A stretch of 64,000 nt of DNA. It comes from Anaeramoeba ignava BMAN (lineage: Eukaryota; Protista; Anaeramoebae). The notes under the pieces are model-generated. The model did not search any database, was not told the DNA's origin, and saw only the letters and a program-made list of their open reading frames with translations. The stretch is taken from NCBI GenBank assembly GCA_028826165.1, contig JAPDFW010000092.1, forward strand, positions 744,001-808,000, in the 5' to 3' direction. Positions within the stretch are counted from its first letter, which is position 1. Each line of letters starts with the position of its first letter. Below, piece after piece: positions 30,885 to 44,879 of the stretch. The position numbers were made by a program, and so were the translations under genes.

Positions 30885-33800
30885 TTATTTATCATCAGTA
30901 TCATTTTCTTTAATATCTTCAAATTCTCTTTCACGTTGACTTGAATCTTGAGAATCAAAATGAAGATCTTGAAATTTATCTTCATTTAACAACGCTTCAT
31001 CATTAATTTCATTTTTCTCATTCACCAAATGGTCAGTAATTGTATGAACCAATTTGTTTGAAACACTGGAATAAATAGTATTTGGATTTGAGAAGAAAAT
31101 ATCTGCAAAATTCTCATTTTTTGCAAATTGATTTGTATGATTTCGATCCAAAATTGTAAAATCAATTTTGCTGTCAATTTGTTCTTGTTTTTTCTTTCCT
31201 TTAATTGCATCCTTTTGGATTCCAACTTGAAAAAGAGTGTCAAAAAACGCAGTGTTTGGAGAAAACTTTGGCCAAGTAGCCATTTGGATAAGTTGCCCAA
31301 TAATAAGTGGATAAGAGATGAAAAGAACGGTTAAAATACGGAAATGATAACCCCAAGTTGATTTACTGATGAAGTGAATTCGGAATATTAACGGAAGAAT
31401 AAAAGTGAATCCTGACATCATTAAAAACAAGAAGAAAATCGAAATTACAGTCCAAAAAAGAAGGTAAATTTTGATGAGATAAATCATTTTGACATCGCGA
31501 ACTCTTGTTGCTGAAAAAAGTGCGATTCTTATGTTTATTAATAATGTTTTGAATTTATCCATCTTTGATCCATTTGTTTCAAATTTCTTGAAAATAAGAT
31601 ATGGTCCGTGATAAAGTCGAATCACAAGATATTCCATAATTGTCGATGGGATAATAATGTATGACATGTAGATTGGTATAACAACTGGTGCGTGAACAAG
31701 TGTGCTTTCCCATCTTTTGTATCCGTATCCTCGTTCTAATCCGAAAAATAAGAGAATAGAAATCAAGAAGTAAACCATTACAGCAATCAAGGAGAAAAGG
31801 AAAGCAATCACATTTGATCTCTGAATAAGCAAAATTAATTCAATTTAAAATATTTAATTTAATTTCAAAATATTTGATTTAATTCAATTTAATTTAATTT
31901 AATTTAATTCAAAATATTTAATTCAAATATTTAATTTAATTCAAAATATTTAATTCAAAATATTTAATTTAATTCAAAATATTTAATTTAATTCAATTCA
32001 AAATATTTAATTTAATTCAATTCAAAATATTTAATTTAATTCAAAATATTTAATTCAATTCAATTCAAAATATTTAATTTAATTTAAAATATTTAATTTA
32101 ATTCAAAATATTTATTTTAATTCATTTTGATTTAATTTAATTTAATTTAATTTAATTCAAAATATTTGATTTAATTTAATTTAATTCAAAAAAATATTTA
32201 ATTCCAAAATATTTAATTCAATTTGATTTAATTTAATTTAATTCAAAATATTTAATTCAATTCAAAATATTTAATTTAATTCAATTTAATTTAATTCAAA
32301 ATAATTAATTCAATTTAAAATATCTAATTTAATTCAATTCAAAATATTTAATTTATTTAATTTAATTTAATTTAAAAAATTAATTTATTTGATTTAATTT
32401 AATTTAATTCAAAATATTTAATTCAAAATATTTAATTTAATTTAATTTAATTCAATTTGATTTAATTTAATTCAATTCAAAATATTTAATTCAAAATATT
32501 TGATTTAATTCAAAATATTTAATTCAAAATATTTAATTCAAAATATTTGATTTAATTCAATTTAATTTAATTTATTTTAATTTAATTTAATTCAATTTGA
32601 TTTAATTTAATTCAAAATATTTAATTCAAAATATTTAATTTAATTCAAAATATTTAATTTAATTCAAAATATTTAATTCAATTCAAAATATTTAATTCAA
32701 TTCAAAATAATTAATTTAATTCAATTTAATTTAATTTAATTTAATTTAATTCAAAATATTTAATTTTAATTCAATTTAATTTAATTTTAATTTAAATTGT
32801 TTACTCGATAATTTAAAAATATCAATCTTGGCTTTTTGAAAATAGACTTGAAATCGGAAAAAGTATATCTTGACATAATATATATAAGACCAATAACAAA
32901 CAAAGATTCAATCAAAAGATCAAGAATAACATTTCTAAAAGTATACAACCGAACAGTAGACTTCTTATTATTATCATAATAATCAGCAAAATCATGAACA
33001 CAATTAACTTGTTCAGCTGGAAGAAGTGATTGTTTCTTGTTTAGAAATGCAGTTAGAATCAAGATCATCTTTTGCCGAAGTTGCAATACCAACTTCCAAA
33101 AACTTTTTAGTAAAAGCACGCTTTTGCAAATAAATATCCGAATAATGAATATCAACATTACTAGCATTTTCAATTAAAAGAAGAGCCTCATCAACGAACC
33201 AACCAGGAGAAGTTCTTGGAACAGGAATTCCAAGTAAAGCGCAAATAGTTGGTGCAACATCAATATTGGAAACAACAGGCCATTCAAATTGTGGAAAATT
33301 GCTCATATCAATTTCGGGTCCATCATAATCACTTGATACTTTTTCCCGAAATCTTGGTCTTCCTGATGGTACGTTCATTGAGTGGAAATTTGAGTTTTTC
33401 TTGTAGATTACTAATGGAACATTCATTTCTGTTGGATCAGTTCCTCCATGTCCACCTCGATCTACTTGTCCGTGATCAGAAAGCCAAAATAATACTGTAT
33501 CGTTATCAAGTTCGTCAATGATTGATTGTAATATTTTGGTTTTGTTTGTTAATGCTTTGTTGTATGAATCTTTTGATTTTTTTTTGAAATTAAAATTAAA
33601 ATTAAAATAAAAATTAAAATAAAAATTAAAATAAAAATTAAAATCAAAATTAAAATTAAAATTAAAATTTAAAATCGGATAAAAAATTAATATTTAAAAT
33701 TAAAATTAAAATAATTAAAATTAAAATTAAAATTAAAATTTAAATTAAAATTAATATTAATATTACCATCCTTGTTAAATTTTGGATCAACTCCATAAGC

Positions 33801-36740
33801 ATGTCCTTGTATATCAACATCACTAAAATAATAATAAAAATAAAAATAAAAATAAAAATAAAAATAAAAATAAATCAATTTGATAAATTACCTCATATGA
33901 AGAAGAACAAGATTGTAGTTTTGTTGAATTGCTTGTATTGCAACAGATCCTCGTAAATAATCAGCTGGATCAGCAGTTGCTCTATCAATATCTTCTGCTC
34001 CAACATTAGTTGCAATTGTTGCATCTCCTCCAAGATATGGAAGTGTAGATTTAACAATATTACCAAACCATGGACTTGCAGTAATAACTCGTGATAAATT
34101 ATAATTTTTGGCTTCATTAAACATTGAATCAAAATGTGTTTCTGGAATCATTAAATTACCCAAAACACCAGTTAACTCAGGTTGAGAACCCTAATAAAAA
34201 TAATATTTTGAATATATTTTTTGAATATTTTGAATTGAATATATTTTGAATAATATTTTGAATATTTTTTGAATTGAATATATTTTGAATTGAATATTTT
34301 GAATATATTTTGAATATATTTTGAATATTTTTGAATTGAATATATTTTGAATATATTTTGAATATTTTGAATATATTTTGAATATATTTTGAATATTTTT
34401 AAATATTTATTGAATGTTTTTTGAATATATTTTGAATATATTTGGATATATTTGAATATATTTGAATTGAATATTTTGAATATATTTTGAATATATATTT
34501 GAATATTTTTGAATTGAATATTTTGAATATATTTATTGAATATATTTTGAATATATTTTGAATATTTTGGATATATTTTGAATATATTTGAATATTTTTG
34601 AATATTTTTGAATATATTTGAATTGAATATTTTGAATATATTTTGAATATTTTTTGAATATTTTGAATATTTTTTGAATATTTTTAAATATTTATTGAAT
34701 GTATTTTGAATATATTTTGAATATATTTTGAATATATTTTGAATATTTTGGATATATTTTGAATATATTTGGATATTTTTACTGTTATAATTGTTAACCA
34801 ATTTGGAACAGACATTGAAGGAAGAGAAGTTTCCATTCTAAACATTTTAGAATCTTGAACAAAGGAATTATTTTGTAGTAAAGCCATTAACTCCTTATTA
34901 GTTTGCATATCTTTATTTCATAAATATTAAAATAAATATTAAAATAAATATTAAAATAAATATTGAATTAAATATTGAATTAAATATTATATTAAATATT
35001 AAAATAAATATTAAAATAAATATTATATTAAATATTAAAATAAATATTAAATTAAATATTAAATTAAATATTAAATTAAATATTAAAATAAATATTAAAT
35101 TAAATATTATAATAAATATTAAAGGAATATATTAAATATTAAATAATATATTAAAATTAAATTAAATTAGTTTGCAAATATTTATTTAAATATAAAAATA
35201 AATATTAAAATAAATATTAAAATAAATATTTATAAAAATATTAAATTAAATATTAAATTAAATATTAAAATAAATATTAAAATAAATATTAAAATAAATA
35301 TTAAAATAAATATTATATTAAATATTATATTAAATATTAAAATAAATATTATAATAAATATTAAATTAAATATTAAAATAAATATTAAAATAAATATTAA
35401 ATTAAAATTTAAATTAAATATTAAATTAAATATTATATTAAATATTAAAATAAATATTAAAATAAATATTAAAATAAATATTAAAATAAATATTAAAATA
35501 AATATTATATTAAATATTAAAATAAATATTAAAATAAATATTATATTAAATATTATATTAAATATTATATTAAATATTAAAATAAATATTATATTAAATA
35601 TTATATTAAATATTAAATTAAATATTAAATTAAATATTAAATTAAATATTAAATCAAAAATTACAATCCCAACGAACTCCATCAAAAATAACAACAACAA
35701 CTTTGTTTTCAGAATGTAATCTTGTTTTTCCAATAGTTGATTCTGGATTTGCATCATTGTGAATTGAATCAACATTATTTTGACTAAACATTGGAGATTC
35801 TGTACTAACAATTTTTTTAAATTCAAAAATTCCAGTCATAATAGCAAAGAAAAGAATGAAAAAAGAGAATAAACTAAAGAAAGTAATCCCTCTTTTAAAC
35901 TTTTGAAAAATAATGAGAACGGACTTTGGAAATCATATGAAAATTTTGTGTTTGAGTTATTCCTTGTTCAAGAGCTTCAACTTTTCTGCTTTTGTTAACT
36001 GAGTCTAAAACACTTTTTTCAACATCTGATTTAATTAAATAAATAAATAAAAATTTTAAATAAATAAAAAAATTTGAAACAAAAAATTGATCAAAAAATA
36101 AATAAAAAATTGGATAATTAAAAAAAAATAAATAAAAAATTTCAATTAAAAAAAATTTTTGCAATTTACCGACTCTATTATCCATTTGTTGGTAAATAAT
36201 TCCATTAAAAATCAATAACACAATAATTTCAGCAATACGGAAAAATATTAAAACAATTAAAAAACCTAAACGAGTTGAGTCAGGATGAGGTAAACCAATA
36301 ATAGCAAGAAAAATTTCAAAAGATTTTAAAAAAACAGTTGAAACATAATAATGCATTCTATGTCCTCTAAGACCAGCCAAGAATAATAAGAGAGCAAGTA
36401 AGCCAGCAACTGCATCAAAAACAGCAACAACTAATTGTAAGTAAAAAAAATCATCATCTGTTACAACTTCGAAATTATATTGAGAAAATCCTTTTAAATT
36501 GTTTAAATTAAATTAAATTAAAATTAAATTTAAATTAAATTTTAATCATTCGTTGTTTATTTTTATTTTTTTTTTTGTTTATTTTTTTTTTGTTTTTTAT
36601 TAAAATAAACCTGTTTCATCTTCCCTTCTTTTATCTTTAACTAAAATCAAAGTTAATGTAAGAATTAAATCAATCACAAGCATAACTCGAATTACTATTG
36701 ATAAAATTTTGATTTTTTTCTTCTTTTTTTCTTCTTCCAT
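30885..36740 (-). CDS. Multi-pass membrane protein with alkaline-phosphatase-superfamily domain (GPI ethanolamine-phosphate-transferase-like), ~8 exons, 2 apparent frameshifts
   Basis: VVVVIFDGVRWD, PSMSVPNW (nucleophile site), DVDIQGH, LSDHGQVDRGGHGG, IDVAPTICALLGIPVP; N- and C-terminal TM segments. Confidence 0.75.
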
Positions 36741-37136
36741 TTTAATAAAAAAATTTTTCGAAAATAAAAATGAAAAAAAAAAAAATAAATAAAAAAAACA
36801 AAAAAAATTTTTTCTTTAAGGATTGTTCAAAAAAAGAAACAATAAAATTAAATTAAAAAAATAAAAAATAAAAAAAAGAAAATTTTGTTTTTGTTTTTGT
36901 TTTAAAAATTGAGTTTAATTTTGTTGATGTTTTTGTTTTAATCTCTTTTTTTTAATGAAGGAAAAAAAATTGGATATTTTTTTTTTTTGGATTTTGAATC
37001 AAAAGTAAAAGTAAAAGTAAAAGTAAAAGTAAAAGTAAAAGTAAAAAATAAGAAGCAAAAAACGGACTTAAAAGAAGATGAATTGAGGAAAAAAGCAAAA
37101 AAAAGAAAAAAAGCAAAAAAAAGGAAAAAAGAGGAA

Positions 37137-40100
37137 TTAGAATCTTCTTCCAAACATTGCAAGCATTTGATGAGCAATATTAGCATTTCTAGCATTTTTT
37201 TGTTTCTTGACACGAACAGTCATATTTTGTCTAAGTAAATTAGCTCTCAAAAGCAATGATTTAGTTTTTCTGTAATAAGTTTCACCTTTTCCCAATGCGT
37301 CCTTAAAAGTTTGACTTCTTATATCAACTTTGCAAGAATGAAGAATTTTATTATGAGAATCAATTTTTGCTTTCATTTCATCTTCAGCAATTAATAATGA
37401 AATTTCCTTTTCAAGAGAATCAATATCAGTTGCAAAATCTTTTGCCATTGTTTTCATGTTCAATGAAACAAAAGGAGAGAAGTATTGCAAAAGGGCTTTT
37501 GAACGGATTTGTGAATAAAGCTTCTCGACATGATGACCCAAATGGAGATCCAAAAGAAGTTGTGGTTTTAATGAATCGAGTATGTTAACGAATGATAAAT
37601 ATCGTGAGTAATAGAAGTCGTTTGCAAGTTGTTTTACTTCTGGTACATATTCAAGGAAGTTTTTGAATGATTCGTTCTGTAATACTTTTTCAAAGATTTC
37701 GCTTCTTCGGAATGTTGCTAATGCGCATAATGTTCCGTATATTGCAATGTCTTGTGGTGAGATTACTTCGGGATAGTCAAATGGTATGTGTGTGGAAATG
37801 TGAAGGAATTTTGTTGCTGCGGTTCGGAAGTCTTTACTGTCGAGTTTTGCTAATCCAGAGATTGCTTCAAGTTTCATTGTTGTTCTTGCGTCTTTTTTAA
37901 ATTATTTTTAAATTAAATATTTTTGAATTAATTATTTTTGAATTAATTATTTTTGAATTATTTTTAAATTAAATATTTTTAAATTATTTATTTTTGAATT
38001 ATTTTTGAATTATTTATTTATTTATGAATTATTTATTTATGAATTATTTTTAAATTATTTATGAATTATTTATGAATTAATTATTTATTTATGAATTATT
38101 TATGAATTATTATTGAATTAAATATTTTTGAATTATTTATGAATTATTTATGAATTATTTATGAATTATTTATGAATTATTTATGAATTATTTATGAATT
38201 ATTTATGAATTATTTATGAATTATTTTTGAATTATTTTTGAATTATTTTTGAATTATTTTTGAATTATTTATGAATTATTTTTGAATTATTTATTTATGA
38301 ATTATTTATTTATTTATGAATTATTTTTGAATTAATTATGGATTATTTATGAATTATTTAATTATGAATTATTTATGAATTATTTATTTTTGAATTAAAT
38401 ATTTTGAATTAAATATGAATTATTTTTGAATTATTTTTAAATTAATTATTTATGAAATATTTATTTTTATGAATTATTTTGAATTGAATTATTTATGAAA
38501 TTTTTTTCTGAAATATTTATTTTGAAATTAAATATTTAAATTTTATCGATTGAATTATTTATTTATGAATTATTTATTTATGAAATAATTATGAATTAAT
38601 TTATGAATGCATATTTTATTAAATTAAAATATTTATCCTTTATTTTTAAAAGAAATTAATTTATTTTTAAATTAATTATTTATTTATGAATTATTTTTGA
38701 ATTAAAATTATGGATTATTTATTTTTAAAATTATTTTAAAATTAAAATTTATTTTAAATATTAAAATTAAAATATTTATTTTTGAATTAAATATTTTTAA
38801 ATTAAATATTTTTGAATTATTTATGAATTATTTTTGAATTATTTTGAATTATTTTGAATTAAAATTTTTAAATTAAAATTAAAATTAAAATTTTTGAATT
38901 ATTTAAAATTAAAATTTAAAATTAAAAATAAAATTAAAATTAATTTATGAATAAAATTTTATAAAATATTAAAATTAAAATTAAAATTAAATTTATAAAA
39001 ATTAAAATTAAAATTAAATTTAAAATTAATTTAAAATTATTTATGAATTAAATTTTGAATTAATACCTTCATAAGTTTTACTTGTTCTGAGTTGCTTTTA
39101 CGTAGGAAATTACATGTCCATAACTTTTCATTTCGATTGATGCTAAGATAACATTAAGACACATATCAATAATGTGTTCAGGTTTTGTAAAACCAATCTC
39201 TTGTAAGAAATAACCTGTTTGAATTTTTCTCCTTTATTTTAAAGAAATTTATATTTATATTTATTTCCAACTCGAATTTATATTTAATTTAAATTTAAAA
39301 TTAAAATTAAAATTTAAATTTAAAATTAAATATTAAATTTAAATTTAAAATTAAAATTAAAATTAAAATTAAAATTAAAATTTAAATTAAAATTAAAATT
39401 AAAATTAAAATTAAAATTAAAATTATTTAAATTATTAAAATTAAAATTAAAATTATTTAAATTATTAAAATTAAAATTAAAATTAAAATTAAAATTAAAA
39501 TTAAAATTAAAATTAAAATTAAAATTAAAATTAAAATTTAAATTAAAATAAAATATTTAAAATTAAAATTTAAATTAAAATTAAAATTAAAATTAAAATT
39601 AAAATTAAAATTAAAATTAAAATAAAATATTTAAAATTAAAATTTAAATTAAAATTAAAATTAAAATAAAAATTAAAATCAAAATTAAAATCAAATATTA
39701 AATATAAAATTAAAATTAAAAACCTTTAATTAAATTTTGTTTTCCAAGCTTTAATTGAGTGTCTAAAGTATCGTATTCTTGAGTTGCTTTTGCAAGAGTA
39801 TCATCAACCCAATCTTGATCAAAAGGAACAGTTCCAGAAAGTTCTTCTTGAAAACGAGACATTAAATCCATATATAATTGAGTATTTAAAGTGTTTTTTA
39901 TCTCATGTAAAACCATACGAAGAGCTATTTAAAAGAAATAAAAAGAATTATTTTATAAAAAATTTTTCTCATTTTTTATATTTATATTTATAATTATATT
40001 TGTATTTATATTTATATTTATATTTATATTTATATTTATATTTATATTTATATTTATATTTATATTTATATTTATATTTATATTTATATTTATATTTATA

Positions 40101-40634
40101 TTTATATTTATATTTATATTTATATTTATATTTATATTTATATTTATATTTATATTTATATTTATATTTATATTTATATTTATATTTATATTTATTTTTT
40201 ATATTTATATTTATAATTATATTTATATTTATATTTATATTGATATTTATATTTATATTTATATTTAATTTTAATTTTAATTTACCTTCCATATGATGAA
40301 CTCGTGAATGTTCAGCTATATAAATCAATCTGTGAATGCGTGTATGTCCAACATAATTAGAAATATAACCATCAAGATCAAAACTTGAGAAATCAACATT
40401 TTCAATAAATTTAGGCTTTTTTTTCTCTTCCTCTTCTTTTTTCTTTTTCTCTTCTTCTTCCTTTTTCTTTTTCTCTTCTTCTTGTTTCTGTTTTTCTTTT
40501 TCATCCTTTTCTTTTTCTTTTTCATCTTTTTCTTTTTCTTTTTCTCCAATTTGAATTTTTATATGACCTTCTTTTTGCTTTTTTTCATCTTTTTCTTGCT
40601 CTTGGTTTTCATTGTTTTGTGGTTTGTCTGACAT
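37137..40634 (-). CDS. GPS1: COP9 signalosome subunit 1 (PCI domain), 4 exons; exon 3 looks corrupted
   Basis: FDLDGYISNYVGHTRIHRLIYIA, HIIDMCLNVI, DIAIYGTLCALATFRRSE, LYSQIRSKALLQYFSPF, AKIDSHNKIL. Confidence 0.9.
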
Positions 40635-40949
40635 TTTGTTTGTTTGTTTGTTTGTTTGTTTGTTTGTTTTTTGTGTGTTTTAAATTAGAATTAATAAGAA
40701 CTTGAAGAAAATTTTGTAAGTTATGAATTTATAAAAAATAAATTTTTAAAGGAAAAAAATGAAAAGTTGAGAACAAAAAAATAAAAAATTTAAATTAAAA
40801 TTAAAAGGAGAAAAAAAAAAACAAAAAAAAAATAAATTTTTCTTCTTTTTTAATTAAATTATTTTTTTTCCATTTTTTTAATTTCCATTTTTTTCATTTT
40901 TTTTCATTTTTATTTATTAAAAAAATAAAAAATAAACATAACGGAAAAA

Positions 40950-42548
40950 ATGTCGATTGGATTGACGCTTCTAAAGATTGAGGATAATCTACCAGAAGAA
41001 AGAAGCTGTGCGCGAAGTATTGAGTTAGACAACGGAAACTTTTTAATATTTGGGGGAATAAACAAGAAACATTGCAGCGAAGAGATCAACATTTTTGATC
41101 CAACAACAAGTGAGTGGGAAAAAATAAGCACAGAAGATCAACACATCGGACCACGAAGCGGACATTCACTGACCAAGATAGGGGATAAGGTATACATAAT
41201 CGGCGGGCGCAATTACAAGGACAAGTACGATAACGGGTTCCTTGATTTGAACACCTTTGATTTTGTTGTTTCCAAAAATAAAACCTTCTCAGATATTTGT
41301 CTTCTCTTCCATTCGACCCTCCTTTATAACGGCAGGCTCTGGATCTTCGGCGGTGATGATGGCGGCCATTTTACTAATGAAATGCTTGTTTTTGACTTGG
41401 AAAAAGAGGTGTTTGTTCAGGATCAGATAAAAATCTCAGGAAAACCCCCTTCAAAACGCTCTCGCCATACAGCCGTTATTTATGATAATAAAATGTGGAT
41501 TTTTGGCGGGCAATTTGAAAACAGATACAATGCTGAAGTTAATGATATGCATGTTTTTGATTTTAAATCTTTTTCCTGGTATGAAATTATCCAAAAAGGT
41601 GATGTTCCTTCCCCAAGACGCTCCCATTATGCCGCTGTGTACAGAGACTACATGTATGTCTTCGGCGGAATGAATAACCAGAAAAACTCCTTTTTCGATC
41701 TTTTTGAATTTTCTTTTAAAACTTCGACTTGGAAAAAAATCTTGTTCAATATCAATATTCAAAAGCCTTTTGAAAACTTCTCGCACAGATTCCTTTCAGT
41801 AAAGGCTCTGCAAAACCTTCCCGAGACTGATAATGTCCCTCAAGAACGCAGCGCATGCGTTGGGGGTTTATACGACTCAAGATTGTATATTGCAATGGGC
41901 GGACTATTTAAGAATACTTGGATTGATTTCAACGATATTTTTTATTTCACACTCGAAAATAAATTGCAACGTGATTTCCACGATTTTCTTCAAAATCAAC
42001 TTTTCATTGATGTTCCTCTTGTATATCGCAACGACGTTCTTCTTTTTGGAGCTCATTCAACAATTTTAAATTCTCGACTTGAAAAATCAACCGTTGCAAA
42101 ATTCATTTCCATTTGCAAAATTTATGAACAATACAATTTGACAGCTGATGATATTTATAATTTCTTGATTACAATTTACACTGGATTGCATGAATATAAC
42201 TGTATCAAAATTGCTCAACTTCTACAAATTGATCTGCTTCTTCTGCAGAAACCTCTTGAGGAATCAATGCAATCTCTTCTTGATAATGAAGACTCAAAAG
42301 ATTTTGTTATTCTTGTTGAAAATCGCGAGATAAAAGTTCATGAGACTATTATGTGTGCAAGAAGTGATTTGTATAAAGGAATGCTTTCGGTTGTTAATGA
42401 TAACTCAAAATCAGCTCCTGATTATAGTGGAAGATCCTTTGATGCTGTTAATCTTGTTGTAAGGTATATTTATACTGGAAAATTCGGTTCTTATGATCCA
42501 AATCTAGATCATGAACTTATTGATTGTTTTGAATATTATGGTCTTTAA
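40950..42548 (+). CDS. Kelch-repeat + tandem BTB protein (LZTR1-like architecture), intronless
   Basis: Kelch blades with R-S-G/R-H and FGG motifs; BTB SKDFVILVENREIKVHETIMCARSDLYKGML. Confidence 0.88.
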   Translation: MSIGLTLLKIEDNLPEERSCARSIELDNGNFLIFGGINKKHCSEEINIFDPTTSEWEKISTEDQHIGPRSGHSLTKIGDKVYIIGGRNYKDKYDNGFLDLNTFDFVVSKNKTFSDICLLFHSTLLYNGRLWIFGGDDGGHFTNEMLVFDLEKEVFVQDQIKISGKPPSKRSRHTAVIYDNKMWIFGGQFENRYNAEVNDMHVFDFKSFSWYEIIQKGDVPSPRRSHYAAVYRDYMYVFGGMNNQKNSFFDLFEFSFKTSTWKKILFNINIQKPFENFSHRFLSVKALQNLPETDNVPQERSACVGGLYDSRLYIAMGGLFKNTWIDFNDIFYFTLENKLQRDFHDFLQNQLFIDVPLVYRNDVLLFGAHSTILNSRLEKSTVAKFISICKIYEQYNLTADDIYNFLITIYTGLHEYNCIKIAQLLQIDLLLLQKPLEESMQSLLDNEDSKDFVILVENREIKVHETIMCARSDLYKGMLSVVNDNSKSAPDYSGRSFDAVNLVVRYIYTGKFGSYDPNLDHELIDCFEYYGL

Positions 42549-42685
42549 TGTTTTTTTTCTCTTTTTTCTTTTTTCTCTTTTTTTCTTTTTCTTTGTTTTT
42601 ATTTTAATTTTTAAGGAATTAATTAAAAAAAATTGATTAAAAAAAAAAGTGGAATTTGAAAAAAAAATGAGAATAATTATTGTTA

Positions 42686-44465
42686 TTATTGGAAATAAAC
42701 TTCAACTTCTTCAATTTCCCAATTTGGTGATCCTGTAAAAAAATTTGGTGCTGTTTGTGAATTAAAATTATTTGGAATTTCATAATGTCCATTAGAATAG
42801 CCTGCACTTGTTCCTTTTCTTGTTGATAAATCTTGAATTCCAACATTTCCACTACTTCCAAAAGCCATTGCCCAACTTGAACTGCGATAAACAGTGGAAT
42901 TACTTTGAGGATTGAATTTTGAAGGAGTATAATTTGTTGGATTTTTTAATGTAAAAATAAAAGAATTTTTATCTGGATTAAAGTCTCCACTTGAACCAAA
43001 TCCATCTTTAGTAAATCCTCCAAAAATACATCCATTTTTTGATTTGATAATTACTAATGTTTCTTTTTTTCCATCACATTTTTGATGAAATGTTTGATTT
43101 GACCATCCATTATCTCTTGTTACTGAAAATCCAAGTTTCATTTTTTTAAAAACTTCATCATTTGAAATAAATCCTTTTAAATAATAAATATATTGGATAT
43201 CTTGTATAATTTTTGATTCTTTAAAGATTGAGATCATTTCAAACTCTTCTTTCATTTTTTCATAAACTGGCTTCATTTCTTTAATTTCTTGATCTTTTTT
43301 ATTAATTTCTTGATCTTTCTCTTTTTGAATTTTATTAATTTCTTGATCTTTTTCTTTTTGAATTTTATCAATTTCTTGATCTTTTTTATTAATTTCTTGA
43401 TCTTTTTCTTTTTGAATTTTATCAATTTGTTGATCTTTTTCTTTTTGAATTTTTTTAATTTCTTGATCTTTTGTATTAATTTCTTGATCTTTTTTATTAA
43501 TTTGTTGATCTTTCTCTTTTTGAATTTTATTAATTTCTTGATCTTTTTCTTCAATTTGAGAAAATAAAAAATTGGAAAGAAATTGATTTGGAATTGTTTT
43601 AATTTTTTCAATTTCTTGAATATTTGTTTTTTCAATTTGATTTTGATTTGATTTAATTTGAATTTTATTAAGAAATGCTTTCATTATTGATTTTTTTTCT
43701 TTTATTTGATTTTGTTTTGTTTCTTGTTTTGTTTCTTTTTCAATTTGATTTGAGATCCATTTTTCTAAATTTTGGATTAATTCAATTATTGAAAATTTGA
43801 TATTTTGATTTTGAATAATTTCAATTATTTTGAAAATTGTTTCTTTTTTTAATTCTTTAAATTTTGGATTTTTAAAAATATTTTGAAAATTATCTTGAAT
43901 AAATTGATTACATTTTTCTTTTAATTGAGTTGATAAATTTGAAATTTCAAAAATTTTGAAAAAAAAGTTGAAGATTGAAATTTTTAATAATAAATTGATT
44001 TTCAATGTAATTTTGAAGAGATTTTAATTGAAATTTAATTGAAAGAAACCAAATTGAAAATAAATTTGATTGATTTAATTGGATATTTCTTGTATAAATA
44101 AATTGAATAATTTGATTCATATCTTGTTCAGAAATATCTTCAAAAATAATTTCATTAGCTTCATTTTCTTTTAAATAAATTGAGAAAAAAGGAGATTGAC
44201 AAGTTAAAATTGATTTATGACATTTAAATTGTTTTGAATTTTGAGAAACTTTAATAACAATATCTGAATAATTTTGATCTAAATTTAATAATTTTTGATA
44301 ATTTTGGATTAATTCTTTTTGGAATTCGTTTTCATTTTCATTTTGATTTTGATTTTGATTTTCGTTTTCAATTTGGATTTCATTTTGATTTTCGTTTTCA
44401 TTTTCAATTTGGATTTCATTTTCATTTTCATTTTCATTGTTTTGATTGTTTTGATTGTTTTCCAT
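42686..44465 (-). CDS. BTB-BACK - coiled-coil - TLDc protein (one frameshift near 43960)
   Basis: BTB SDIVIKV..FKCHKSILTCQSPFF; KEKDQEINKIQ repeats; TLDc FHQKCDGKKETLVIIKSKNGCIFGGFT..IEEVEVY. Confidence 0.85.
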
Positions 44466-44879
44466 TTGTGTTTGTTTTTGTGTTTGTGTTTGTTTTTGTT
44501 TTTGTGTTTGTGTTTGTGTTTGTGTTTGTGTTTTTATGTTTATGTTTGTGTTTTTGTGTTTGAAAAAAAATGAAAAAATGAAAAAAGAAAAAAGGAAAAT
44601 TAAAAAAAGGAAAAAAAGGAAAATTAAAAAAAGGAGAATTATTTTTTATTTTTGTTCTCTTTTTTATAAACCAAAAAAAAAATTAATCAAAAATTCAAAT
44701 CTAAATCTGGAATTAAAATTAAAATTAAATCTGGAATTAAAAACTGGAATTAAAATTAAAATTAAAATCAAAATTAAATTTTTTTTCATTTTTTTCTTTT
44801 TTTTCTTTTTTCTTTTTCAATTTAAAAAAAAAAAATTTTTTTAATTAATAATAATAATAATAAAAACAAACGGAGAAAG

